Source of the DNA: a virus
IMG/VR virus record: IMGVR_UViG_3300031991_000033
Direction: 5' to 3' (one strand)
Length of the DNA stretch: 64,000 bases
Shown piece after piece: positions 38,218 to 48,317 of the stretch. Under the pieces are notes generated by a model, which had not been told where the DNA came from, made no database searches, and worked only from the letters and a program-made list of their open reading frames with translations. Numbering within the stretch: position 1 is the stretch's first letter; the number at the start of each line of letters is the position of its first letter. Made by a program: the position numbers and the translations under genes.

Positions 38218-38308
38218 ATATCCTCCGTGGATTATGTACTCGTCGTTGACAAATTTCGTAAGTTCGATAGAATCAGAACTTACCTTACAGAAAAGGATTC
38301 GGACCAAA

Positions 38309-39376
38309 ATGCAACTTACAAAACAACAGACCGGAGTCCTGTACCAATTGGTGCAAGGGGTCAAGAACGGTGTAGAAGAACAGACGCTTGGCGGTTACGC
38401 AGGCACCGGAAAAACAACGCTTATCAAGTATCTGTGCAACTTCTTTCCCAACTTTGCCGTTGCTGCTTACACTGGTAAAGCTGCGAATGTTTTGCGTAAG
38501 AAAGAGATTCAAGCAACCACCATTCACAGCCGGATTTATATCCCTGTGATTGAGTTCGGTGTTTTAACTGGTTTTGAGCTTGCACCCAGAGATGATTTGG
38601 GTTGCCAAGGTTTTATCATCGACGAAGCTTCGATGGTTTCGCAAGACATTTACGAAGACTTGTCATCTTACAGTTTGCCAATGGTCTATGTTGGCGACCA
38701 CGGTCAGCTTGAACCTATTGGCAGCGATTTCAATTTGATGTCCAGTCCAATGTATCGGCTGGAAGAGATTCACCGTAATGCCAACGACATCGCCAAGTTT
38801 GCTGAGTTCTTGCGTAAGGGAAGAAACTCTTTCCACTTCCGTGGTGAGGAAGAAGAGCGAGTTCAATTCTTGGCGAAGAAACATGTCACTGACGACGATC
38901 TTGTTAGTGTTGAACAGATCATTTGTGCCTACAATGCTACTCGTGTTGATTTGAACAAACGTATCCGCTCGGCTCTTGGTCTTGAGGGCGGTGTTCAAGT
39001 TGGTGATCGAGTGATGTGCTTGAAGAACAACAAGCAACTGCATTTATTCAATGGAATGCAGGGGGTTGTCAAAAAGCTATACGAGAGTGACCGTGGTAGA
39101 AAGTTGATGGACTTTGAGTTCGACAACACGGTATACACCGGCATCTGGTACGACACAAAATGGTTCAATGTCGAAAAGCCCGACTTTGAGTATAACGGTC
39201 AAGAATATCCGAACCCGTTCGACTTTGCTTACGCCATTACTTGTCACAAAGCACAGGGCGATGAGTGGGAAAGCGGATTGGTTTACGAGCAGAAGTGCAA
39301 AAATTGGGATCACAAGCGTTGGGCATATACCGCCGCTTCTCGATTCAAGAACCTGTTGAAATGGGCTTACTGCTAA
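38309..39376 (+). CDS. Dda/RecD-like SF1B helicase
   Basis: GYAGTGKT, AYTGKAA, TIHS, DEASM, GDHGQL.P, YAITCHKAQG and YTAASR. Confidence 0.92.
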   Translation: MQLTKQQTGVLYQLVQGVKNGVEEQTLGGYAGTGKTTLIKYLCNFFPNFAVAAYTGKAANVLRKKEIQATTIHSRIYIPVIEFGVLTGFELAPRDDLGCQGFIIDEASMVSQDIYEDLSSYSLPMVYVGDHGQLEPIGSDFNLMSSPMYRLEEIHRNANDIAKFAEFLRKGRNSFHFRGEEEERVQFLAKKHVTDDDLVSVEQIICAYNATRVDLNKRIRSALGLEGGVQVGDRVMCLKNNKQLHLFNGMQGVVKKLYESDRGRKLMDFEFDNTVYTGIWYDTKWFNVEKPDFEYNGQEYPNPFDFAYAITCHKAQGDEWESGLVYEQKCKNWDHKRWAYTAASRFKNLLKWAYC

Positions 39377-40287
39377 CGGCTTGGCAGTGGAATGTAGTCC
39401 AACGGATATTGTCCTTGCGGATTATTTCTATCAACGATTGGCGGCAACCAAGCTTGGCTTGATAAACCAAATACTGGCTCGCTGGGGGATATTGCATAAA
39501 CAAGTTGTCCACGTCCTCGATCTATATTGTCTAAGAAGTTTGCAAGTTCTTCTGCGACGACAATTTGGTTTCGATCAGGATCGATTTCTTGGCTATCTTC
39601 CGCCATTGCAACAAAGACCTTCTGCATAATCTTGCCTTCAACATACGCAGGACTTTCTGTTCTTGCGTCCGAACTGGCTACTACACTGAACAACCTTTGT
39701 TGCTTTTCTGTAAGAGCGGTGATTTTTGGCAGACTTGCCGAAGCGTAGCAACTAAGTTGCCACCAGACGGTTTCTTGGTTATTGTCTGAGGCTGCACCGG
39801 CAATCGCTTCCATGATGTCTTTACGCTCACCCAGCGTATCAAGGTATCCGCTTGGGGCACCATGACCGATGGTGAATACAACAAGTGTATCGCCCGGTTT
39901 TGCATTCACCTTCATTTGTTCGCTTACGAATTGTCTTATCTTGTCGTTGTCGAGTGTTTGATAGATTCTTCGACTATCGATGCGTCCATTCTTGTTGATA
40001 TTGAATTCCCCGATATCACGAATGGTAAGACCTTTGTTGGCTGCAAGGTTAACTGCTTGTATTGCAAGGTTGGCATCATCATTTGCCATTTGCTCGAATG
40101 TGTGTTTCAAGATAAGCAGTCGAATAGAAACGTTGTCGAATTTAACTGTACCAACATATTGAACGGGAACTGGATCAGTTTGGATTTCAAGAATCGGTTC
40201 TGGCTTCTTAAAGAACGAGATTGCGAAAAGAATCGATAGGTTGAACAAAAGCAATGCGAGAAGTAAGTTTCTGGTGTTAGGATTCAT
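39373..40287 (-). CDS. membrane-anchored caspase/legumain-fold-like protein
   Basis: N-terminal hydrophobic segment; GDTLVVFTIGHG and LSCYA His/Cys dyad pattern. Confidence 0.6.
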   Translation of the reverse strand: MNPNTRNLLLALLLFNLSILFAISFFKKPEPILEIQTDPVPVQYVGTVKFDNVSIRLLILKHTFEQMANDDANLAIQAVNLAANKGLTIRDIGEFNINKNGRIDSRRIYQTLDNDKIRQFVSEQMKVNAKPGDTLVVFTIGHGAPSGYLDTLGERKDIMEAIAGAASDNNQETVWWQLSCYASASLPKITALTEKQQRLFSVVASSDARTESPAYVEGKIMQKVFVAMAEDSQEIDPDRNQIVVAEELANFLDNIDRGRGQLVYAISPSEPVFGLSSQAWLPPIVDRNNPQGQYPLDYIPLPSR

Positions 40288-40813
40288 CGAGCACGTCTAC
40301 TTCCTTGAATAAGTTCGTTTTCTGTAATACTTCCTGCATTTTAATTAGATGTTTACAAAGACCCGGCAACTGCTTTGGATTTGCAGGTGCCCGTTTCCCG
40401 GTCGATCTATATTTGGCTGGTTTACGACCATACAAGCTTTCATCGACGCTGTTGTAATAAGAGAAACGCCAACGAAAATCTGGGCAGTTGCATCGGACAT
40501 TTACTTGTGTGTTTTCAAGCGACAGTCTTTCAAGGTTATAGAACATTCCATCGTCAGCGAATAATTTCACACTTTCCCCGACAATTTGCCTATTGTAATT
40601 CACGCCCTTAAACAATATCATTGGGTTGTACTCATTCCCCTCACTTTGGGCTAGACCTTTGACGTAAAGAGTGTTCATCCCCAAGTAAGGAACCCACTTG
40701 AGTTTGGTAATGACCACAGGTTGAGTGGCGTGTTGCCGCAAACCAGTTTTTGGGTAAGCTTCAACTGCACTATCGTAAAGGTCTTGAATTGATGATTCCC
40801 ATAAAATGTTCAT
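40277..40813 (-). CDS. SWIM-type Zn-finger protein
   Basis: VRCNCPDF...GLCKHL; TAGATA 5 nt before ATG. Confidence 0.75.
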   Translation of the reverse strand: MNILWESSIQDLYDSAVEAYPKTGLRQHATQPVVITKLKWVPYLGMNTLYVKGLAQSEGNEYNPMILFKGVNYNRQIVGESVKLFADDGMFYNLERLSLENTQVNVRCNCPDFRWRFSYYNSVDESLYGRKPAKYRSTGKRAPANPKQLPGLCKHLIKMQEVLQKTNLFKEVDVLDES

Positions 40814-40849
40814 GCAAATATCTATCAATCCAACTCTGATAATGGAGAT

Positions 40850-41158
40850 ATGATGGTAAGATTAACTGAGCAAGCAATTTTGGCAGTCCAAGAAAGTATG
40901 AGGCGTGCCAAGCTAGACCCCGCAAAATTCGCACTTTATCTGTATGTGCATGAAGGTAATCTGTCTATCACCTTTACAGATGAACTTGATGGTGTTTCCA
41001 AGATGGGTGCAATTTTTGTAAAAGTCGATGAAATCATTGAAAGTCACCACAAAAATGACCCACTTGTGATTGATTATGTAACAAACGGGTCAAAACAAGG
41101 ACTCATTTTCTTAGAGGAGAGCCAATATGAGCGTTACAGTAACCGAGAAAGCAGCTAA
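40850..41158 (+). CDS. Cys-less IscA/HesB-like paralog
   Basis: VRLTEQA N-terminus and V.VD...IDY pattern of the HesB fold; no cysteines. Confidence 0.5.
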   Translation: MMVRLTEQAILAVQESMRRAKLDPAKFALYLYVHEGNLSITFTDELDGVSKMGAIFVKVDEIIESHHKNDPLVIDYVTNGSKQGLIFLEESQYERYSNRESS

Positions 41159-41468
41159 AGAAGTCAAAAAAGTCATGGAAGAACAGGGTCTCAAACCCGG
41201 CGAAGATATTCTGCGAGTTGCAGTCGCCGGTGGGGGTTGTTCTGGCTTCAGTTACGGTTTGACTTTCGCCAAAAAAGCAGAACTTGATGCACTCAACGAT
41301 GTGACCTACGAAGGTCATGACATTGAGTGGGTTGTCGATAATCGGAGTGCTCCTTTCTTGGAAGGCACAACGGTCGATTTCCACGACGGAATCGATAAGC
41401 GTGGCTTTACGTTTGACAACCCGCAAGCGACGAAAAGTTGTGGTTGTGGGTCTTCTTTCAGCGTTTAA
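41127..41468 (+). CDS. iscA: A-type Fe-S cluster carrier (IscA/ErpA/HesB)
   Basis: VTEKAA, GGGCSGFSY and NPQA..SCGCGSSF. Confidence 0.93.
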   Translation: MSVTVTEKAAKEVKKVMEEQGLKPGEDILRVAVAGGGCSGFSYGLTFAKKAELDALNDVTYEGHDIEWVVDNRSAPFLEGTTVDFHDGIDKRGFTFDNPQATKSCGCGSSFSV

Positions 41469-41585
41469 GAAGAAATCACCTTTTTCATTTTCTTGCATTT
41501 CAAATAGTCTCGCAACTGCTTGTTGCGAGACTATTTGCTTTCATAGTCCATAGATACATAAAACCCTTACTGTGTGGGAGGTTCT

Positions 41586-42128
41586 ATGGAAAAAGCAAAG
41601 CTCGCAATGGTCGGACTAATTGTCCTTCTTTCAATTGCCCTTCTAGGTGCATGGCAAATGCGTCAAGGAGGAGGCGGTTTATTTCAGCCTGATAAACCAA
41701 ACTGGCAGTGGAGCGATGATTGGAACTCTAATCAAATCAGTCCACCACCACAAGGTCAGCCGATTAGTCCGCCAAATCAGTCGCAACCAAATCCACAACC
41801 AAATCAACAATTGGTAGCACAGACTTTTGATCAAGCCAAGCAACTTTCTCAACAGTCGGGACGACCTATTCTTCTGATCTTTGGTGCGTCTTGGTGTCAC
41901 TGGTGTCAAAAGATGGAACAAGAAACACTTACTGATTCCGGCGTCAAGTCGTCGATGATGAAATATGTGTTCGTTAAGATTGATACAGATCGTGACAAAT
42001 CCAGCACCAGTCAATTCGGTGTGCGTGGTTTGCCAACATCGGTGATTGCGAATTCCAGCGGACAGGAAGTCAAAAAGCAAGAAGGGTTTATGGACGCCAA
42101 CAAGATGAAAAGCTTTTTGGGGAATTGA
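41586..42128 (+). CDS. membrane-anchored thioredoxin-like protein
   Basis: TM segment, Pro/Gln linker, ASWCHWC, GLPT. Confidence 0.88.
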   Translation: MEKAKLAMVGLIVLLSIALLGAWQMRQGGGGLFQPDKPNWQWSDDWNSNQISPPPQGQPISPPNQSQPNPQPNQQLVAQTFDQAKQLSQQSGRPILLIFGASWCHWCQKMEQETLTDSGVKSSMMKYVFVKIDTDRDKSSTSQFGVRGLPTSVIANSSGQEVKKQEGFMDANKMKSFLGN

Positions 42129-42337
42129 TATGATTAAGGCATCTCGCTCTTGCGGAGTATACCATAACATTTCCAAACGAACTGTTCTGGCGATGACAAC
42201 TCCAAGTATCCTTGATGAAGTAGATGAAAACGCTTGGAGCATCACTTCTTTCGATCCAGATACCGGCGTAGTGTGTATTGATTTACAGAACGCTGCGACC
42301 TTAATGCATTTAACGTTTACTCTTCCTTCGTTGAAGT

Positions 42338-42386
42338 AAAAAATACCCTCTCGATACTCTCTTAACAGGTACGAGAGGGTATTTTT
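42338..42386. terminator. inverted repeat / bidirectional terminator
   Basis: aaaaataccctctcg...cgagagggtattttt. Confidence 0.7.
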
Positions 42387-42623
42387 ATGTCTAAAGATTG
42401 CTACTTTTATATCGATATGGAGCAGGACGTTCCTGAAGAGGATAGAGCTATCTCCCCACTTTGCGTCAATTGCAAGCAAGAGAAGTTCCCCAACCAAGAC
42501 GTTGGATGGTTTTGGGATGGTTCCAACGGTTTCGGACCGTGGGTCTACAAATGTAAGATTTGCGGAACGGTAATTCACGATCCCAATCAGGAAGAGCATG
42601 AAGAAATTGAGACCACCAATTAA
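42387..42623 (+). CDS. small Zn-finger protein
   Basis: CVNC...CKIC. Confidence 0.65.
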   Translation: MSKDCYFYIDMEQDVPEEDRAISPLCVNCKQEKFPNQDVGWFWDGSNGFGPWVYKCKICGTVIHDPNQEEHEEIETTN

Positions 42624-43392
42624 AACACACAGCGGCAAGTATTATCTTGCCTCTTGGATTGTTGAAAACTTTCCTCCCAACTATACCGACTTAGAGTATT
42701 GTGATCTCTGCTGCGGCGGCTGTAGTGTGTTCCTTAATAAGGAACCATCTGTCCGTGAGTTGATCAACGACAAAGACTCTGGCGTTGTTAGTATTTTCAA
42801 AGCGTTACGTGATGACCCAAAAGACTTTATTGGAAGAATGAAGCACATCAAGTACAGCGAAAAAACTTTTCAACAGGCATTTCAACGTAATGAAGAAGGC
42901 TTTGATGATTATTACGAATTAGCTGTTAATGAGTTTGTTCTACGCAGAATGAGTCGCAATGGTTTGAAAAAGTCTTTCGCATGGACGAATCGAGTCCGTG
43001 GAGGAAAACCGGGCGATGTTAATGCTTGGGAGACTATGGTTCAACAGCTTGAAGACCTTGCTGTACGCTTAAAAGACACCATCATTCTTAATGAAGACTT
43101 CCAAGCCTTGGTTCCTTCGTGGAATGAAGAAAATGTCTTTATGTTCATTGATCCACCATCTTTGCCAGAAACGACGGATGGTACGGTGAATGAAGAAAAT
43201 AATGAGATGGGCGTCGAGGAACACATCAAATTCCTGAATGCAGTCAAAGACTCAAGTGCCAAAGTGATGATTTGCGGTTATGACTGTGTTTTGTATTCGA
43301 AGCACCTTGAGAACTGGAAGGTTCATAAGAAAAAGGTTGCCAAGCAGAACTCTTCGGTCAAAAGACAATACTCTCTGTGGGTAAATTACTGA
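42598..43392 (+). CDS. Dam-like (D12 class) adenine methyltransferase with atypical motifs
   Basis: SGKYYLA.WI, DLCCGGCSV, IND.D and FIDPPS. Confidence 0.8.
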   Translation: MKKLRPPIKTHSGKYYLASWIVENFPPNYTDLEYCDLCCGGCSVFLNKEPSVRELINDKDSGVVSIFKALRDDPKDFIGRMKHIKYSEKTFQQAFQRNEEGFDDYYELAVNEFVLRRMSRNGLKKSFAWTNRVRGGKPGDVNAWETMVQQLEDLAVRLKDTIILNEDFQALVPSWNEENVFMFIDPPSLPETTDGTVNEENNEMGVEEHIKFLNAVKDSSAKVMICGYDCVLYSKHLENWKVHKKKVAKQNSSVKRQYSLWVNY

Positions 43393-43411
43393 TCGGTTTC
43401 CTACATAGAGT

Positions 43412-43684
43412 ATGAGATTCAAGACTTGGGTTGAACCATACATGCAGGAATTTTTTATACCGGGAACCACTCACACACGTCCACAGGACATTACAAATGT
43501 GGGAATGGGTGTCGGATCGAAGTACGTTAGCGACGATGAAGCTGGTGTGCCGAAAAATAAAGAAATAGTAAAGACTGCTGACTTTGGTGTAGATACCCAA
43601 GAAGAGAAAGAAGAATCCGAGAAACTAAAACGTTTGCGTAGGCTTAAGGCTTTCAGAAACCTTCAAAGGAGAAACTATGTCTAA
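43412..43684 (+). CDS. small protein with capsid-targeting-like N-terminus
   Basis: MRFKTWVE; TACATA 4 nt before ATG. Confidence 0.65.
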   Translation: MRFKTWVEPYMQEFFIPGTTHTRPQDITNVGMGVGSKYVSDDEAGVPKNKEIVKTADFGVDTQEEKEESEKLKRLRRLKAFRNLQRRNYV

Positions 43685-44018
43685 CCCAAAGAGTCCAATC
43701 ATCACGTTCAGCGTCAACATCGCTGCACCGATGCAAGAATCAATTGGTCCTGTCACCAATTCGAAGAACACCGCTGTATTGCACCCAGATCGTCACGTAG
43801 ATGATCAGGATGTTGGATATCAGCAACAAGTCCAGCATGATACCCTTCGTAGTACGTATATTCCGGGTTTCTTGAATGGCGAGAACATTGTTAAAAACAA
43901 TGATGGCACTATTACCGCTTATGGTATGAAGGCAAAGTATCTGATGGATACTTACACCACTGGTGCTAACCCAATCCTTTCAGTTGTATCGATCTCATCT
44001 GAATCTGAACTTGCATAA
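43677..44018 (+). CDS. hypothetical protein
   Basis: AAGGAG RBS. Confidence 0.7.
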   Translation: MSNPKSPIITFSVNIAAPMQESIGPVTNSKNTAVLHPDRHVDDQDVGYQQQVQHDTLRSTYIPGFLNGENIVKNNDGTITAYGMKAKYLMDTYTTGANPILSVVSISSESELA

Positions 44019-44029
44019 CGGGGGTCTTA

Positions 44030-44422
44030 ATGGGACTCACGTATTCTGAGTTACTCGCCTTGATGGAAATGGCGACCAACCAAGACCCAATGTCAGGCGA
44101 TTTGATGGGAAGTGGTCAAGAAAGCTCTGCAATGAAAGTTGTACGAGCCGGGATGAATCTACGTGAAGACGAAGATGACATGGAGTTTTGGAATGACTTT
44201 ATGCAACTTTGTGGAGATGCTGAAGGTATGGCAGAACTTTTAGGAGTTAAGTCTGCTGAGGTACGACGATGGACTGCGAGAATTCGTGAGAATATCGACA
44301 AAGTGCGTGAGATCAACTCTACTAACCCGGAAGGGGAAGACAACAGTAAGTTGATGGCTACTGGCGATAACGACGGTGCTGTCACTGTTGGTAATGATGG
44401 TCTTGCTGCCAGAAGAGGTTAG
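44030..44422 (+). CDS. acidic hypothetical protein
   Basis: GGGGG RBS; 130-aa ORF. Confidence 0.7.
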   Translation: MGLTYSELLALMEMATNQDPMSGDLMGSGQESSAMKVVRAGMNLREDEDDMEFWNDFMQLCGDAEGMAELLGVKSAEVRRWTARIRENIDKVREINSTNPEGEDNSKLMATGDNDGAVTVGNDGLAARRG

Positions 44423-44442
44423 TCGGTTGAAGGAAACCCGGA

Positions 44443-46479
44443 ATGACAAAAGTTGTAAGAGAGAAAAACAAAAGGAAGTTGCTTACGCAACGTACCGCAA
44501 TGGAACGTGCCAAAACGCCGTTCGTTAACTCTCACGGCATGAACGCCGAACAGTTGAGAGATAAATTGCTTCAGACCTCTAGTCAGCTTAATGAAAGACC
44601 CGGAGTTCTAAAGATTGCTTCTACTCAACAAAGACCGCAACAACGTAAAGCGATTTCCAGAAACCAGACTGAATCTAATCGTCGTCACAAACCTGACAAA
44701 GCTCCCAAAACCAGCACTGAAGATTCACCAAGGTTGTTGATTGATGTACCCAGCGTTGGTACAAAACTATCGGTAGAGTACCCAACACCGGACTGGTTCA
44801 AATATAAAGGCAAGGCAGAAGTTTCTGTCGTTGTGCCTTTGTATAAGTCTGCCGGTGTTGTTAAAGATTTAATTGATTCTTGGGATGTAATCAACGACGG
44901 CATTAAAGTCGAGGTCATCTTCGTAGATGATAGTTGCCCAAACAGTACCAAAGATGTAATTGCTCAATACTGGCAGCATCGCAAACATGAACTGCCTCAT
45001 GGTGTTGGAAAGTTGATCTTCAATACTCAAAACAAAGGGTATGGCGGTGCCTGTAACACGGGTGCGGAATACGCAACTGGCGATTACATCATTTACCTCA
45101 ATGCTGATACCACAGTAACACCCGGTTGGGTTAAACCAATCGTCGATGCTTTCAAAAACGATCCGGCTGTTGGAATCGTTGGCAATATGCAGTTGAAAGA
45201 AGGCGGCACTTGGCATGGGACTATCGATGGTGCCGGGTCTGAGTGGACTTGGAGTAGTGGTAGCTTTACCCATATTGGGCGGCATAGTTACGAACGTAAT
45301 ATGCTACCTTTCCCTTGGAAGCCATCAGAAGCCCCGGCTGATATTCTTCAGCTTGGCGAGAGAGAGATGGTAACCGGTTGTTGTCTAGCAATTCGTGCGG
45401 ATTTGAACCGTGATATGGGTGGTTTTAATCCAAACTTCCGTGTTGGTTATTGGGAAGATTCCGACCTGTGTATGAGTGTACGTGAAAAAGGATGGAAGGT
45501 TGTTTGCGAACCAAATTCTGTAATTTATCACAAACTTGGTCACACAAACTCTGGTGCTCACGAACACCATGACTTCAATCGTAATTATTTCTGGAACAAA
45601 TGGGTTGACTCTGGTCGCCTTGATCCATTAGTAAAAGACAAAAGATACAACAAGCGAGAAATCAAGAGCATCTTACTACAACGTAAAGGTGCTCATGGTG
45701 ATGTTTTAGTTGCTTCTTATCTTGCTTCTGCTTTGAAGAAAAAGTATCCCGGTTGTCGTATCGGCTTCTACACAAAATGCCCCGCAGTATTGCGAAATAA
45801 CCCCCACATTTCCAAGGTATTTTCAGAAGTTACTTTCTCTGAAAGACAATTTCAGTTGGTTTACAATCTGGATATGGTTTACGAATTCCGACCTTGGATC
45901 AATGTTTTGCAAGCCTACGCAGATATGGTTGGTGTTAAGGTTGAAGAATGCGAGCCGTATATTGCCAAAGAAGGTTTCGACGGTCTTCCAGATGAACCTT
46001 ATGTTGTGCTTCATGCGGGTAGAACAAATTGGGTGGGTCGAGATTGGAATGTGAATCATTTTGACGAGATCGCCAAACGATTACTGCATTTGGGCAAAAA
46101 GGTTGTTTGCATTGGAACAGAAGCCGATAGGCGAACTCCATGCGACATTGACCTGCGTGGTCGAACATCAATTACACAACTAGCTGGTGTGATTTCTCAA
46201 GCCGAGGCTTTTGTGGGCATTGATTCTTTCCCTTTTCATGTTGCTCAGGCTGTAGGTACAAAAGGTGCATGTTTCTTTGGTTCCATACTACCGCAGACTA
46301 GAATTTATCAAGACAACATGAAAGGTGTTTCTGTTTCTGATTTACCTTGTATTGGTTGTCACCATAGAAAGCCTCGCCCATCTGTTGTTACAAACATTTG
46401 TGAAACTGGAACTCATGATTGTGTAAACAATCTATCTGTAGACATGTTCTGGTCAAAGATCGAAGAAGTCCTCCAATAA
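44443..46479 (+). CDS. fused GT2 plus GT9 (heptosyltransferase-like) glycosyltransferase
   Basis: VSVVVPLY, VDD.CP, LNADT and YWEDSDLC (GT2); GAHGDVL, DLRGRTS and FVGIDSFP.H.A (GT9). Confidence 0.88.
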   Translation: MTKVVREKNKRKLLTQRTAMERAKTPFVNSHGMNAEQLRDKLLQTSSQLNERPGVLKIASTQQRPQQRKAISRNQTESNRRHKPDKAPKTSTEDSPRLLIDVPSVGTKLSVEYPTPDWFKYKGKAEVSVVVPLYKSAGVVKDLIDSWDVINDGIKVEVIFVDDSCPNSTKDVIAQYWQHRKHELPHGVGKLIFNTQNKGYGGACNTGAEYATGDYIIYLNADTTVTPGWVKPIVDAFKNDPAVGIVGNMQLKEGGTWHGTIDGAGSEWTWSSGSFTHIGRHSYERNMLPFPWKPSEAPADILQLGEREMVTGCCLAIRADLNRDMGGFNPNFRVGYWEDSDLCMSVREKGWKVVCEPNSVIYHKLGHTNSGAHEHHDFNRNYFWNKWVDSGRLDPLVKDKRYNKREIKSILLQRKGAHGDVLVASYLASALKKKYPGCRIGFYTKCPAVLRNNPHISKVFSEVTFSERQFQLVYNLDMVYEFRPWINVLQAYADMVGVKVEECEPYIAKEGFDGLPDEPYVVLHAGRTNWVGRDWNVNHFDEIAKRLLHLGKKVVCIGTEADRRTPCDIDLRGRTSITQLAGVISQAEAFVGIDSFPFHVAQAVGTKGACFFGSILPQTRIYQDNMKGVSVSDLPCIGCHHRKPRPSVVTNICETGTHDCVNNLSVDMFWSKIEEVLQ

Positions 46480-46516
46480 CCCATATATAAGCTGGGGAAC
46501 TTTAGGAGGTCTATCC

Positions 46517-47473
46517 ATGCTCAAAATTCAAGCAAAAGATTACAGTTGCCGACTATTCCTATTCGAGAGGGTAGATTGCCTTTCGATGCAGGAAGTCAAA
46601 CAGAATGTAGGTTGGGGGATTACTGCTTTTGATTTGCCAAAGGCTTGGGAATTCACCCAAGGCGAAGGCGTTGTAATTGCTGTGATTGATACGGGTTGTG
46701 ATTTAGATCATCCTGACCTAAAGGCAAACCTGATTCCGGGTTACAATTTCATTAAGCCCGGCACGCCGCCAGAAGACGATAATGGTCATGGTACGCACGT
46801 AACAGGCACTCTCGTTGCGGAAAACAACACCATTGGAATGGTTGGTGTTTGTCCAAAAGCGAAGGTCATGCCACTCAAAGCTCTTGATCAAGATGGCAAT
46901 GGCAATATGCTTAACATTGCCAAGGCGATTCGGTATGCTGCCAACAACGGTGCCGATTTTATCTCAATGTCTCTTGGGGCACCGATTCCTGTAGGCGAAG
47001 TTCGCAAGGCAATTAAGTATGCACTTGGCAAAGGTGTGATTACATTCGTAGCTGCCGGTAACGTTGGGAATACAAAAGAAGTATTCTATCCAGCCGCCTA
47101 CCCAGAAACGATTGCCGTTGGTGCTGTTGATTTGGAACTACACAGAGCGAGTTTCTCAAACACTGGTAAAAACCTAGATTTCATGGCACCGGGAGTAGAC
47201 ATCTATTCAACGGTTCCCGATGATTGGTATGCCAAGATGAGCGGCACGAGTATGGCACAACCTTTTGTGTGCGGAGTGGCTGCTTTGGTTAAGAGTTATG
47301 TCGTTGTGCATGGCAAACGACCAGATATTGAGTTAAAGACTGCGATTGATTACCGACGCTTGTTGATGGAAAACACTATTCCGGTAAACAATGGAAATTA
47401 TGACGATCCGAAATTTTATCAAGGTTTTGGTATCATCGATCCACGTAAGTTTATGGAATCAATCAAGCGTTAA
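46517..47473 (+). CDS. subtilisin-like S8 serine protease
   Basis: VIDTG, HGTHV.G, AAGN and SGTSMA catalytic motifs. Confidence 0.95.
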   Translation: MLKIQAKDYSCRLFLFERVDCLSMQEVKQNVGWGITAFDLPKAWEFTQGEGVVIAVIDTGCDLDHPDLKANLIPGYNFIKPGTPPEDDNGHGTHVTGTLVAENNTIGMVGVCPKAKVMPLKALDQDGNGNMLNIAKAIRYAANNGADFISMSLGAPIPVGEVRKAIKYALGKGVITFVAAGNVGNTKEVFYPAAYPETIAVGAVDLELHRASFSNTGKNLDFMAPGVDIYSTVPDDWYAKMSGTSMAQPFVCGVAALVKSYVVVHGKRPDIELKTAIDYRRLLMENTIPVNNGNYDDPKFYQGFGIIDPRKFMESIKR

Positions 47474-47861
47474 AATCCTTCTTTGATCCAGTCAACCTCT
47501 TCAGCCGGAAGTGTTCGTTCGAGCTTCCGGCTGGCTTTTTGTAGTGCCCAATATCTTAACCAATCGCTCTCTGGTGAGTTCTCGCCCGGTTCTCGCCCGG
47601 TTCTCGAATATGGCGTAGAATTTCTGAAAATCGATTTGGGACATCTCGCAGGCGAATGCGTCCCATTCCTTGTCTGACAGGATTTTCTGGATGTTGCACA
47701 AATTCTACAATGTCGCCGACAATCAAGTATTCTCCTTGATCATCCATGAAAGATAAAGGTCTTTTGGTTGAGTAAGACCTTTCTTCGTAGTAATCGTAGC
47801 AAGCAAAATGAATTGTTTGATCAATTATGCTGACTACTTCTCCAACAACGATGTCAGACAC
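47470..47861 (-). pseudogene. WIKEGF-tagged protein frameshifted by an 11-bp tandem duplication
   Basis: GGAGG RBS plus GTG at 47861; removing one gttctcgcccg unit gives ...REPGENSPESDWLRYWALQKASRKLERTLPAEEVDWIKEGF*. Confidence 0.75.
47578..47606. repeat. 11-bp tandem repeat (gttctcgcccg x2.6)
   Basis: read directly from the sequence. Confidence 0.95.
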
Positions 47862-48316
47862 TTGAATACCTCCAATAGATAATTCACGGTGTATTCGTAC
47901 AAGCCGGGGCACTTGGACTCTCGATTCCCAGCGACGTTCAAGATTTTGATATCGTTGTCCAGAATCCATCTTGCAACCTTCTCGTGTTCTTGGGGTGCAT
48001 GTACGCTTACATCATAGTACGGCTTTCCATACTGTTCAATAGCTTTGAGTGTACAAATTTCACCAGCACTGTAGAAATTATGGGCAAATCGGATTGTCCC
48101 GTCAGAATCTCGTGCATTGGCGTGCGTTCGAGGAACATAACTAGAAGAAGAGTGTTCTACGATTCCGTAGAGATCGGCAAGATCGGGGCGTGGTCCATCT
48201 TCAGTAAGAAAACCTTTAGGAATCCAGCCGCCAGTTTCGAGACCGAAACGCTTGGCAGCTTCCAAACCGCCTTGATCAGCACCCGTTTGAGCACCTGATA
48301 CAATCTTTGTAAGCAT
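47834..48316 (-). CDS. SLOG-superfamily (putative molybdenum-carrier-like) protein
   Basis: KIVSGAQTGAD.GGL, GGWIPKGF..EDG, N.RDSDGT and LNVAGNRES. Confidence 0.85.
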   Translation of the reverse strand: MLTKIVSGAQTGADQGGLEAAKRFGLETGGWIPKGFLTEDGPRPDLADLYGIVEHSSSSYVPRTHANARDSDGTIRFAHNFYSAGEICTLKAIEQYGKPYYDVSVHAPQEHEKVARWILDNDIKILNVAGNRESKCPGLYEYTVNYLLEVFKCLTSLLEK

Positions 48317-48317
48317 C

